Origin: a bacterium
Lineage (GTDB): Bacteria; Hinthialibacterota; Hinthialibacteria; Hinthialibacterales; Hinthialibacteraceae
Reading direction: 5' to 3'
NCBI GenBank assembly: GCA_041946805.1
Contig: JBHGBC010000079.1
Location: 1-27,337 of the forward strand
Length of the DNA stretch: 27,337 nt
Shown: piece by piece, positions 14,991-23,140 of the stretch
Layout: each line of letters starts with the position of its first letter
Numbering within the stretch: position 1 is the first letter of the stretch
Notes under the pieces: model-generated
Databases searched by the model: none
What the model was told of the DNA's origin: nothing
Seen by the model: the letters and a program-made list of their open reading frames with translations, nothing else
Program-made: the position numbers and the translations under genes

Positions 14991-17117
14991 ATGGCCGCCG
15001 CCCCCGCCCGCAAAACCACCGCTCAACAGACCGCCAACATCGCGGTGGCGTTCGCCGTGGTGAGCCTGGTGGGCGTCATGCTGGGGCAGGTTCCCCCCTC
15101 CCTGCTCTCCCTGCTGCTGGCCGCGAACATCACCCTGGCCCTGCTGGTGCTCATGCTGTCGCTGTACATGACCAATCCCCTGGAGATCAGCACTTTCCCC
15201 ACGATTCTGCTGATCCTCACCTTTTTCCGGCTGGCCTTGAACGTCGCCTCCACCAAGCTGATCCTCACGCCCGGGACCGGGTCGATGGATAAGGCGGGTT
15301 CGGTCATCGAATTTTTCGGCCAGGTGGTGGCGGGCAACAATCCCATCATCGGCTTCGTCGTCTTCCTGATCTTGATCATCATCCAGTTCGTGGTCATCAC
15401 CAAGGGTTCGGGACGCATCGCGGAAGTGGCGGCCCGCTTCACCCTGGACGCCATGCCCGGCAAGCAGATGGCCATCGACGCCGACCTGAACGCGGGGCTC
15501 ATCACCGAGGCCGAAGCGCGCACGCGCCGGGCCGGCATCGCCCGCGAGGCCGATTTCTACGGGGCCATGGACGGCGCCAGCAAGTTTGTCCGGGGCGACG
15601 CCGTCGCGGGCATCATCATCACCGTCATCAACCTGCTGGGCGGTTTCGGGGTGGGCCTTTCCGAAGGCCTGGCGGTTCTGGACGTGCTGCAGACCTACAC
15701 CATCCTGACCATCGGCGACGGCCTGGTCACCCAGATCCCGGCCCTGCTCACCTCCACCGCCGCCGGCATCGTGGTCACCCGCGCCTCGGAAGAAACCGCG
15801 CTGGGCGAAAGCCTGACCCGCCAGCTGTTCGCCCGGCCCGAGGCCATGTACGTCGCCGCCGCCGCCCTGTTCGTCATCTCCAGCCTGGGCATGCTCCTCA
15901 GCCCGAGCATCGTGCCGCCCTTTCTTTTGCTCACCTTGATCCTGGGCGGCAGCGCGTGGCAGATCCAACGCGCCCAACGCACCGTGGAAGAAGAGGAAGT
16001 CAAACGCGGCAAGGAGAAGGAAGAACTCGCGCCCTCCGCGCCGGAAAGCGTGGAAAGCCTCCTGGAAGTGGATCCCATGGAGATCGAGATCGGATTCTCC
16101 CTGATCTCCATCGTCGACAGCGCCCAGGGCGGCGATCTGCTGGACCGGGTCAGCGTCATCCGGCGGCAGACGGCGGTGGAACTGGGGATTCTGGTCCCGC
16201 CCATCCGCATCCGCGACAACATGCAACTCAGCCCCCGGCAGTATCAAATCCGCATCCGGGGCATCAAGGCCGCCGAGGGCGAAATCCGCCCCGACCGCCT
16301 CCTGGCCATGAAGCCCGACATGACCGAGGAAGACGACATCCCCGGCATCCGCGCCATCGAACCGGCCTTCGGCACCCCGGCCAAATGGATCGAGCCGGAC
16401 GAGCGCTCCCGCGCCGAAATGAGCGGCTACAGCGTGGTCGAGCCCGCCGCGGTGCTGGCCACCCACCTGACGGAAGTGATCCGCTCCCACGCGCACGAGA
16501 TCCTCGGCCGGCAGGAAACGCAGCAGCTGATCAATCATCTCAAGGATCGCAATCCCGTCCTGATCAACGAACTGACCGAAGTGGCGCACGTAAAGATCGG
16601 CCTGATCCAGAAGGTCCTGCAGAATCTGCTGCGGGAGCGAGTGCCCATCCGCAACCTGGAACTGATCTTCGAAGCCATTGCCGATTACGCCGAAATGGCC
16701 CAGATGAATCCCGATACCCTCACCGAGTATTGCCGGATGAGCCTGGCCCGCGTGATCACCAGCCTGTACCTGGACGCCACCGGCCAGCTGCCGGTCATCA
16801 CCCTCGATCCCAACATCGAAACCCGGATCCTGGAAGGCATGCAGCGCGGGGGCGCCGCCGGGATCATGGCCACCGACCCGGTCTTCGCGGAAAAGGTCAT
16901 CGCCTCGATCCACCAGGAGGCTCACCGCGCCATGACCGCCGGTTTCCACCCCCTGGTATTGACCACTCCACCCATTCGGGCCCATTTGAAACGTTTGTGC
17001 GAACGGAGCCTTCCCCATCTGATCGTACTGTCCTACAACGAAATCGCTCCCGAGGTCTCGGTGACCCGTATCTCAACTGTGAGGTTGCAAAGTGAGAGTG
17101 AAAAAGTTTCTAGCTAA
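14991..17117 (+). CDS. flhA: Flagellar export protein FlhA
   Basis: FHIPEP signature RFTLDAMPGKQMAIDADLNAG, FYGAMDGASKFVRGD, QKVLQNLLRERVPIRNL, LSYNEI. Confidence 0.98.
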   Translation: MAAAPARKTTAQQTANIAVAFAVVSLVGVMLGQVPPSLLSLLLAANITLALLVLMLSLYMTNPLEISTFPTILLILTFFRLALNVASTKLILTPGTGSMDKAGSVIEFFGQVVAGNNPIIGFVVFLILIIIQFVVITKGSGRIAEVAARFTLDAMPGKQMAIDADLNAGLITEAEARTRRAGIAREADFYGAMDGASKFVRGDAVAGIIITVINLLGGFGVGLSEGLAVLDVLQTYTILTIGDGLVTQIPALLTSTAAGIVVTRASEETALGESLTRQLFARPEAMYVAAAALFVISSLGMLLSPSIVPPFLLLTLILGGSAWQIQRAQRTVEEEEVKRGKEKEELAPSAPESVESLLEVDPMEIEIGFSLISIVDSAQGGDLLDRVSVIRRQTAVELGILVPPIRIRDNMQLSPRQYQIRIRGIKAAEGEIRPDRLLAMKPDMTEEDDIPGIRAIEPAFGTPAKWIEPDERSRAEMSGYSVVEPAAVLATHLTEVIRSHAHEILGRQETQQLINHLKDRNPVLINELTEVAHVKIGLIQKVLQNLLRERVPIRNLELIFEAIADYAEMAQMNPDTLTEYCRMSLARVITSLYLDATGQLPVITLDPNIETRILEGMQRGGAAGIMATDPVFAEKVIASIHQEAHRAMTAGFHPLVLTTPPIRAHLKRLCERSLPHLIVLSYNEIAPEVSVTRISTVRLQSESEKVSS

Positions 17118-18561
17118 GGACATGGCCGAAGCCATGCGCATGGTCAAGGCGGAACTGGGACCCAACGCGATGATCCTCTATTCGCGGGACGTGGGGGGGG
17201 GCCTCTTCGGCTGGTTCCGTAAAAAATCCGTGGAGGTGACCGCCGCCCTCGATCCCAAGGCCGCGCCCGCTTCCGCCCCGGCCCCCTCCCCCCTGGAACG
17301 GACGGTCCCCCTGACGCCGCTATCCGCCTCCCCCATCGGCCAAAAGGTGGATTTCCGGATCACGGACGATCCGGCCGGCCCGGTCCGGGACGTGAATCCC
17401 CTCCTGGCGCTTTCCAAGAAATTGGAACTCGAAAAACGGGTGGAGAAAGAAAAAAAACGGCTGGAGATCCCCCAACCGCCGCAGCCGCCCTCGCCCCAGC
17501 CGGCGCCGCCCGCCGCGAAACCGTCCAATCTCGAGGACCGGCTCTCCACCATGGAAAGCCGCCTCATCAAACTGACCAGCCTGCTGGAAAATCTCGCTCC
17601 CGCTCTCGCCGTGGGTGAATTGCCGGCCGTGCCGTCCCGCACGCGCGAACTCTACACGCACCTTCTCGACCAGGATGTGGACGAGCGCCTGGCGCTGGCC
17701 ATCGCCACCCAGATCGCCGAATCCACGGACGAGAAAGACGATGTCTGGACCGCCCTCAAGTCGTATCTGACCTCGAAAATCGAAACCGCCGCGCCCGCCG
17801 AACTGGATTTCGACGCCAAGCGCCCCAAGGTCATCATGTTGGTTGGCCCCACCGGTGTGGGCAAAACCACCACTCTCGCCAAGATTTCCGCCCAATACCG
17901 CTACAATCCTCAATGGGGCGCCCGGCCCAAGATCGTCTTCATCACCGCGGACCTCTACCGCCTGGCCGCCGTGGAGCAACTCCTGAAATATACAGAAATC
18001 CTCGGCGTGGAACTGGAAGTCACCTATTCCCCGGACGAGGTCCGCCAGGCCCTCGCCAAGCACAAGGACGCGCACCTCGTGCTGTTCGACACCGCCGGCA
18101 CCTGCCAGCGCAACATGCCCCAGATGAGCACCCTCGCCGGCATCGTGGAGGCCAGCCATCCCTCCGAAGTGCACCTGGTGATTTCCTCCACCACCAAGTA
18201 CAGTGACATGGTCGATGTGGTGGACCATTTCAAGGAGGTCCATCCCACCCGCCTGATTTTCACCAAAATCGACGAATCCACCACCTACGGCCCCCTGCTC
18301 AACACGGGGATGAAATACAAAATCCCGATTTCATACCTGACCACCGGGCAAAACGTCCCCGAGGACATCGAACGCGCCCGGCCCGAACGCATCGCCAAAC
18401 TGCTGCTCAGCCGGCCCACGGTCAATCGCGCGGTCCTCGAGGAGCCCCCCGCGCCGGCCCTCGAATCCCCAGTCCTCCAGCTCGCCGGTCTTGCGGGGCC
18501 CAACGGGTCCACGGAATCCGGTCATCCACAGGATCAGGCTCATGAAACACAGAATTCCTGA
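17092..18561 (+). CDS. flhF: SRP-family GTPase FlhF
   Basis: MRVKKFLAKDMAEAMRMVKAELG N-terminus, G1 GPTGVGKTTT, DLYR, G3 DTAG, G4 TKID, GQNVPEDI; GTG start overlapping flhA by 26 bp. Confidence 0.96.
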   Translation: MRVKKFLAKDMAEAMRMVKAELGPNAMILYSRDVGGGLFGWFRKKSVEVTAALDPKAAPASAPAPSPLERTVPLTPLSASPIGQKVDFRITDDPAGPVRDVNPLLALSKKLELEKRVEKEKKRLEIPQPPQPPSPQPAPPAAKPSNLEDRLSTMESRLIKLTSLLENLAPALAVGELPAVPSRTRELYTHLLDQDVDERLALAIATQIAESTDEKDDVWTALKSYLTSKIETAAPAELDFDAKRPKVIMLVGPTGVGKTTTLAKISAQYRYNPQWGARPKIVFITADLYRLAAVEQLLKYTEILGVELEVTYSPDEVRQALAKHKDAHLVLFDTAGTCQRNMPQMSTLAGIVEASHPSEVHLVISSTTKYSDMVDVVDHFKEVHPTRLIFTKIDESTTYGPLLNTGMKYKIPISYLTTGQNVPEDIERARPERIAKLLLSRPTVNRAVLEEPPAPALESPVLQLAGLAGPNGSTESGHPQDQAHETQNS

Positions 18562-19939
18562 TCAGGCCGAAAAACTTCGGCAAATCGCGAAACAAGAATC
18601 ACTTCACGGCCCTGGCGCGGCCGGGCTGGGTCTTTCCACGCTCGATCATCCCGGGAATTCCCGCCCCGCGCCGGCCGCCCCGGACAAAACGCCGCCGCCG
18701 GTTCCGGAGTTTCCTGAGATTGCCGCGCTTCCGGATTCGGAAAGCCTCACCCCGGCGCAATCCGCCGCCGGTCTGGATCCTCTCCCCGCGCCGTCCGCCC
18801 CCGTGGAGAAGCCTCTTCTCCCGGTGACGGCCACGGCGGACAGGAACTTCGAAGATGCTCCGGTAGACGCTCCAAAATCCCCGGTTGACGAGCCGCTCCC
18901 ATCCGCCCCAATCGCAACACCATCGCCATCGTCCACCGCAACGGCATCCCCCGGGACCACCCCCCCCGAAACCGCCGCGCCTCCCGTGGAACCGGAAATC
19001 CTCCCCGTTCCGGAAACGGAGATTCCCGAAGAGCCCGCCACGGACGCTTCCACCCCAGGCGGGCCCCCAGGCGCGGGGCGCTGCCACCGCCGGATGCTTA
19101 CCCAGGACCATACGCGGGTCATCGCCGTTTCCGGCGGCAAGGGCGGCGTGGGCAAATCCAACGTCGCCTGCAACCTGGCGCTGGCCATGGCGAAGATGAA
19201 AAAGCGGGTTCTGCTGTTGGACGCCGACCTGTCCCTGGCCAACGTGGACGTGCTGCTGGGCATCACTCCCCGCCTCAACCTCTCGCACATGATTTCCGGA
19301 GAGAAGACGCTGGAGGAAATCATGGTGGAAGGGCCGGAAGGCATTCGCATCATCCCCGGCGGCTCGGGCCTGGAAGAGATGACCAACCTCAGCCCCCGGG
19401 AAATGGACCGGCTGTTCGACGCCTTCGCGGACATCGATCCCGCGCCGGATATTTTCCTCATCGACACCGCCGCCGGCATCCATCCCAACGTGCTGCAGTT
19501 CCTGACCGCCGCCGATCAGACCATCGTGGTCACCACGCCGGAACCGACCGCCTATACCGACGCCTACGCGCTGATCAAAACCCTGCACAAACACGATCCG
19601 CAAAAGGAAATCGGAGTGTTGATCAACATGGCGCAAACCAATGCCGAGGCCGCCGAGGTCATCCGCCTGATGCTGCACATGTGCCGGCAATTCCTGCAAG
19701 TGTCCTTCAACAACCTGGGCTTCATCCCCCGCGATCCGGAAGTGCTGAAGAGCGTGCGCCATCAAAAGCCGTTTCTGCTCCATTCGCCCGCCTGCCCGGC
19801 CTCCCTCGCGGTTCGCAACATCGCGGCCACGATTCTCCAGATCAGCGTCAGCGGCCGCCGGCCGCGGGGATTGCGCCAGTTCTTCCGCAATCTCTTCTCC
19901 TACTCCACGGCCCCGGCCCCGGCGGCGGAAGCGCAATGA
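18542..19939 (+). CDS. flhG: MinD-like ATPase FlhG/FleN with a long Pro-rich N-terminal linker
   Basis: DQAEKLR activator motif at residues 7-13, deviant Walker A GKGGVGKS, DADL, IDTAAG, TPEPTAYTDAY, amphipathic C-terminal GLRQFFRNLF. Confidence 0.93.
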   Translation: MKHRIPDQAEKLRQIAKQESLHGPGAAGLGLSTLDHPGNSRPAPAAPDKTPPPVPEFPEIAALPDSESLTPAQSAAGLDPLPAPSAPVEKPLLPVTATADRNFEDAPVDAPKSPVDEPLPSAPIATPSPSSTATASPGTTPPETAAPPVEPEILPVPETEIPEEPATDASTPGGPPGAGRCHRRMLTQDHTRVIAVSGGKGGVGKSNVACNLALAMAKMKKRVLLLDADLSLANVDVLLGITPRLNLSHMISGEKTLEEIMVEGPEGIRIIPGGSGLEEMTNLSPREMDRLFDAFADIDPAPDIFLIDTAAGIHPNVLQFLTAADQTIVVTTPEPTAYTDAYALIKTLHKHDPQKEIGVLINMAQTNAEAAEVIRLMLHMCRQFLQVSFNNLGFIPRDPEVLKSVRHQKPFLLHSPACPASLAVRNIAATILQISVSGRRPRGLRQFFRNLFSYSTAPAPAAEAQ

Positions 19940-19967
19940 ACAAGGCGCAGAGATGAAAGGCCTGCCG

Positions 19968-20005
19968 GGTGGGCTCAAAGCGCGGCGTAGCCCACCAACT
20001 TTTCT
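19968..20005 (+). terminator. Hairpin after flhG (REP-like or weak terminator)
   Basis: GGTGGGCT (19968-75)/AGCCCACC (19989-96), followed by AACTTTTCT. Confidence 0.4.
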
Positions 20006-20264
20006 CCATCCTCTTGGAACCTCACGCATTCGCCTCGTCCCCCCTGTTTCTAGCCGGCCTTTTTTGCGGTACGATTATGTGGATATGGAGAAACTCGGCT
20101 CGTTTGGAAAATAAAACAAATCCCGGGGACGTCGGATCCGGTCCCTGGAGAGAAGAGAGGAGGCTCATCCGGCAAGCGCATACTTTTTTGCCGGAGGACC
20201 ACAGGACATCTCTTGCGGTCACCCGATGTCTCTTCGAGTTGATCTGAAAGCCACTCCCAACATC

Positions 20265-20329
20265 CCCTTTCCCTCTGGGAGAGGGCCAAGGTGAGGGTGT
20301 TTTGTAGGGATGGACCTGGGTGTCCGCCC
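20265..20329 (+). repeat. BoxC/PIT-like element followed by a GTAG-type REP
   Basis: CCCTTTCCC-TCT-GGGAGAGGG-CCA-AGGTGAGGG (20265-97); GTAGGGATGGAC-CTGGGT-GTCCGCCC (20304-29). Confidence 0.75.
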
Positions 20330-20437
20330 ATTCCATCAAGGAGATGAGTAAATTTTCCACTATCCGGCGCGCACGGGCCGGATGAACCAGATAGGAACAT
20401 GAAAATACACCATAGGTACTCCCTCGGGGAGGAGAAC

Positions 20438-21118
20438 ATGACCGGATACCCATTCGGAGAAGAGAAATCCCACATCGTTGCCTATTGGTTGTTTTTCGCA
20501 TGGCTGGCGCTCCTGACCGCCGCCTGCGCTTCCCCCCGCTTCGTGGCCCAACCTTCACCCGGCGCGAACATCGTGGCGGACAGCACGATGTCCAGCGTCA
20601 GCCAGGCCGGCCTGGCCATCAGCGTCCGGCAGGACGCGACGCCCATCGCCCTGGGCAACCGGATCACCACGTTCCGGATTACGCTGATCAATCAGACCGA
20701 TCAGCCCCTTGAGTTCATCCCCAAGGAGTGGGTGCTGCTCACCGGAGAAGGGCGCCAATTCCCGGCCCTCAGCCAGCAAGCCGTGGCCGAGGCCGCCGCC
20801 CACGGTTCGTACCGGGGCTCCTCGGCCGGGTGGAGCGTGGGGTATGGATCTTACGATTCGTCCAATGCCAACGCCGCCTTCTTCCAGAGCTCCTATCCGG
20901 GCGGAGGCCGGCGCGCCTCCCCGGGCGTCCTGGCGCAATCGCTACCCTTGCAGCCCATGACGATCCTTCCCCACGCAACCGCCGAAGGCCTGGTGTATTT
21001 CGCGGTGGCGCCCCGGACCCTCCAATCCACCCGGCTGCGGATTACCCGCCTCTCCCCCGGACCGAATGGAACCTCCGTGGAAATCCCGTATGACTTTGTG
21101 TTCGCTGTGGTAAAATAG
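20438..21118 (+). CDS. Putative lipoprotein (beta-sandwich-like, unknown function)
   Basis: RBS GGAGGAG before ATG 20438; hydrophobic stretch ending in lipobox LTAA-C; FRITLINQTDQPLEF and ILPHATAEGLVYF strand patterns. Confidence 0.7.
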   Translation: MTGYPFGEEKSHIVAYWLFFAWLALLTAACASPRFVAQPSPGANIVADSTMSSVSQAGLAISVRQDATPIALGNRITTFRITLINQTDQPLEFIPKEWVLLTGEGRQFPALSQQAVAEAAAHGSYRGSSAGWSVGYGSYDSSNANAAFFQSSYPGGGRRASPGVLAQSLPLQPMTILPHATAEGLVYFAVAPRTLQSTRLRITRLSPGPNGTSVEIPYDFVFAVVK

Positions 21119-21234
21119 AGTCGATTGCGCTTCTCGGTTGTTTTTTCCCCTTGCGGATGGGCCATGTTCTGCGATGCCATTTTTTTTCGACCGGAAATCG
21201 GTTTGGTCCGGTTTGGCGGAATGGAGCAGGAATC

Positions 21235-22197
21235 ATGAAGCGAATCCTTCTTTTCAGCCTGGTTGTCACAGTGGCCGCGGTATTGGCGTGGACGCCCGAT
21301 TCGCGATCCGCGAGCTTCGGATTTTATAATTACCGGCTGCGGCCCTTCTTTTGGGGCAGCGGGTTGGCGTACCGGTATCCCTTTTTTACGTTGGAGCCTT
21401 ATCCCAACTTCGGATTGATGCCCCCCTACGAACGGGGACGGCGGCCCCTGAACGTGCCCGACACCTCCCGGCTCTATTCCCGGCCTCCGGAACGGATCAT
21501 CTATGTTTACAATCCACCCCCGCCCGCCGCATATGGCAACTGGCCGTTCGCGCCGGGTGCTACGCTTCCTCCCGCGGCCCAGGCCATGCTTCAAAACCGG
21601 CCTCCCGTAATCGAGCGGGAAAAGGTCATCTTCGAACGCCAACCCGAAGATTCCACGGCCGGGAGAGAGGAAAAGTCCCAGGTCAAAACCTCTTTCCTTC
21701 CTTCTCACGGAACGGGAGACACGGACAGCTTTGTCCGGCAAATGGATCAGGCCCAACGCCTGTTCCGCGACCGCCGGTACAAGGAAGCCGTTGAAGCCTA
21801 TCACCGGGCCTCCGGCCTGAAGCCCAACACACCAATGGTCAAAATGGGCCAATGCCTGGCCTTGTTCGCGGTGGGGGATTACGAAGGAGCGGCTTCCGCC
21901 CTGCGGCGGGCGTTGATCCTGCATCCCGATTGGTACAAAGAGCCTATTCTACTGGCCACGTTTTACGGGGACACCAACGATTTCAACGCCCACCTGGCCG
22001 TGCTGGAACGCTTTCTCGGCCAGCACCCGGAACACGTGGAGGCGCGGTTTCTCACTGCCTACTTTTATTTCGTGCTGGACCGGTTGAGCGAGTCGGCCGA
22101 AACCCTGGCTACCATCCTGGAAAAAGATCCCGGCGACCTCGAGGCGACATCCTTGCTGGGCAACCTGGCGGCCCTGCAGCAGAAAACCAATTCCTGA
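21235..22197 (+). CDS. Secreted TPR-repeat protein
   Basis: Signal peptide MKRILLFSLVVTVAAVLA; Pro/Tyr-rich N-terminal region; TPR-like helices AQRLFRDRRYKEAVEAYHRA..LKP and ALFAVGDYEGAASALRRAL. Confidence 0.8.
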   Translation: MKRILLFSLVVTVAAVLAWTPDSRSASFGFYNYRLRPFFWGSGLAYRYPFFTLEPYPNFGLMPPYERGRRPLNVPDTSRLYSRPPERIIYVYNPPPPAAYGNWPFAPGATLPPAAQAMLQNRPPVIEREKVIFERQPEDSTAGREEKSQVKTSFLPSHGTGDTDSFVRQMDQAQRLFRDRRYKEAVEAYHRASGLKPNTPMVKMGQCLALFAVGDYEGAASALRRALILHPDWYKEPILLATFYGDTNDFNAHLAVLERFLGQHPEHVEARFLTAYFYFVLDRLSESAETLATILEKDPGDLEATSLLGNLAALQQKTNS

Positions 22198-22199
22198 CC

Positions 22200-22293
22200 C
22201 GGGGAATGCCGGGAACGCCTCCCGGATTCCCCGTGGGACGCAGTACTCCGCATCCTTTCCTGCTGGAAGGGCGGCCCGGATGGGCCGCCCTTC
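22200..22293. terminator. Two GC-rich hairpins between convergent genes
   Basis: CGGGGAAT-G-CCGGGA/TCCCGG-ATTCCCCG (22200-33) and perfect 12-bp GAAGGGCGGCCC-GGAT-GGGCCGCCCTTC (22266-93); no clear U-tract. Confidence 0.4.
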
Positions 22294-22350
22294 GTGGTGG
22301 AACAGGGACGAACGGTCCCGCCTCCCCCTCCCCGGGATTGGCCTTGCCTG

Positions 22351-22587
22351 TCACGCCAGGTCGGTAAGGTTCGCGCCGAAGTTGATATGATAGACCTGGT
22401 GATCGATCACCAGCGCGGGCACCGACTTCACGCCCTGCCGCCGCGCCTCGTCCAGACGGGATTTTTCTTTCCCCAGGTGGACGATCTCAACCTCGTACCG
22501 GGAACGGTCCAACGCCGTGACCACCTGGTTTTCGGCATCCACGCAGACCGGACAACCGGCATGATAAAACAACGCCTTGGTCTTCAT
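22351..22587 (-). CDS. Small thioredoxin/glutaredoxin-like protein
   Basis: CPVC active site (FYHAGCPVC), cis-Pro motif GVKSVPALVI; 78 aa; RBS AGGAGAAGG. Confidence 0.85.
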   Translation of the reverse strand: MKTKALFYHAGCPVCVDAENQVVTALDRSRYEVEIVHLGKEKSRLDEARRQGVKSVPALVIDHQVYHINFGANLTDLA

Positions 22588-22676
22588 TTTCCTTCTCCTA
22601 AAATTCAGATAGATTGGTTCCGGCCGGGTGCTTTCACGCGCGTGTCTCCTATCATAGTTGCCGGGAAAGCGCCGGC

Positions 22677-22703
22677 AAGTACGCACTTTTCGGTGGAGTA
22701 CTT
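22677..22703. promoter_or_regulatory. Candidate operator of the HxlR-family regulator
   Basis: Imperfect palindrome AAGTAC-G-CAC-TTTTCG-GTG-GA-GTACTT between the divergent genes, overlapping the regulator's RBS. Confidence 0.55.
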
Positions 22704-22708
22704 ACCTC

Positions 22709-23086
22709 ATGGTCCATTTTTCGCGGAATCAGGCCCTAAAAAAAGGTAAAAATCCGCCCACGGTTCATACCACGGATCCCGCTTCGCCCCCCCGCGTGAT
22801 GGGGATGATCGAATCGATCGTGGGCTGCAAGTGGTCCCTCCAGGTGCTCGCGCTCATCCGCCGGGACATCCGGCGGCCGGGAGCCATGGTCCGGGCCTGC
22901 CCGGGTCTGACCACCAAGGTTCTCAACGAGCGCCTGCGGAAAATGCAGCGCTTCGGCATCCTGCAAAAAAAAGCCTACCCCGAAATTCCACCCCGCGTGG
23001 AATACCAACTGACCGGCATCGGCCGGCGTTTCGTGGCCATTTTGGACGAAATCAAAAAACTGCAACGGGAAATCGGGGAGGAGTGA
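22709..23086 (+). CDS. HxlR (DUF24/MarR-type) winged-helix regulator
   Basis: IVGCKWSLQVL, PGLTTKVLNERLRKM, YPEIPPRVEYQLT.IG motifs. Confidence 0.9.
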   Translation: MVHFSRNQALKKGKNPPTVHTTDPASPPRVMGMIESIVGCKWSLQVLALIRRDIRRPGAMVRACPGLTTKVLNERLRKMQRFGILQKKAYPEIPPRVEYQLTGIGRRFVAILDEIKKLQREIGEE

Positions 23087-23140
23087 TTACCTCGACTTCA
23101 AAACATACCGGGGATCATCACCCATGTGTCTACTTGGTTT

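Noticed and set aside
14973..17018. 681-aa antisense ORF (likewise 7926-9065, 11379-12245, 18599-20029, 4737-5954, 24528-25553)
   Set aside because: Shadow ORFs opposite well-supported genes, expected from high-GC codon bias; no motifs of their own.
11355..17117. Export genes as a non-flagellar injectisome T3SS
   Set aside because: Context with fliL, fliM, fliY, fliO, flhF and flhG and CheY-binding peptides identifies a flagellar system.
19969..20247. 92-aa ORF after flhG
   Set aside because: Starts inside a hairpin, has no RBS or motif, and does not resemble FliA or any flagellar protein.
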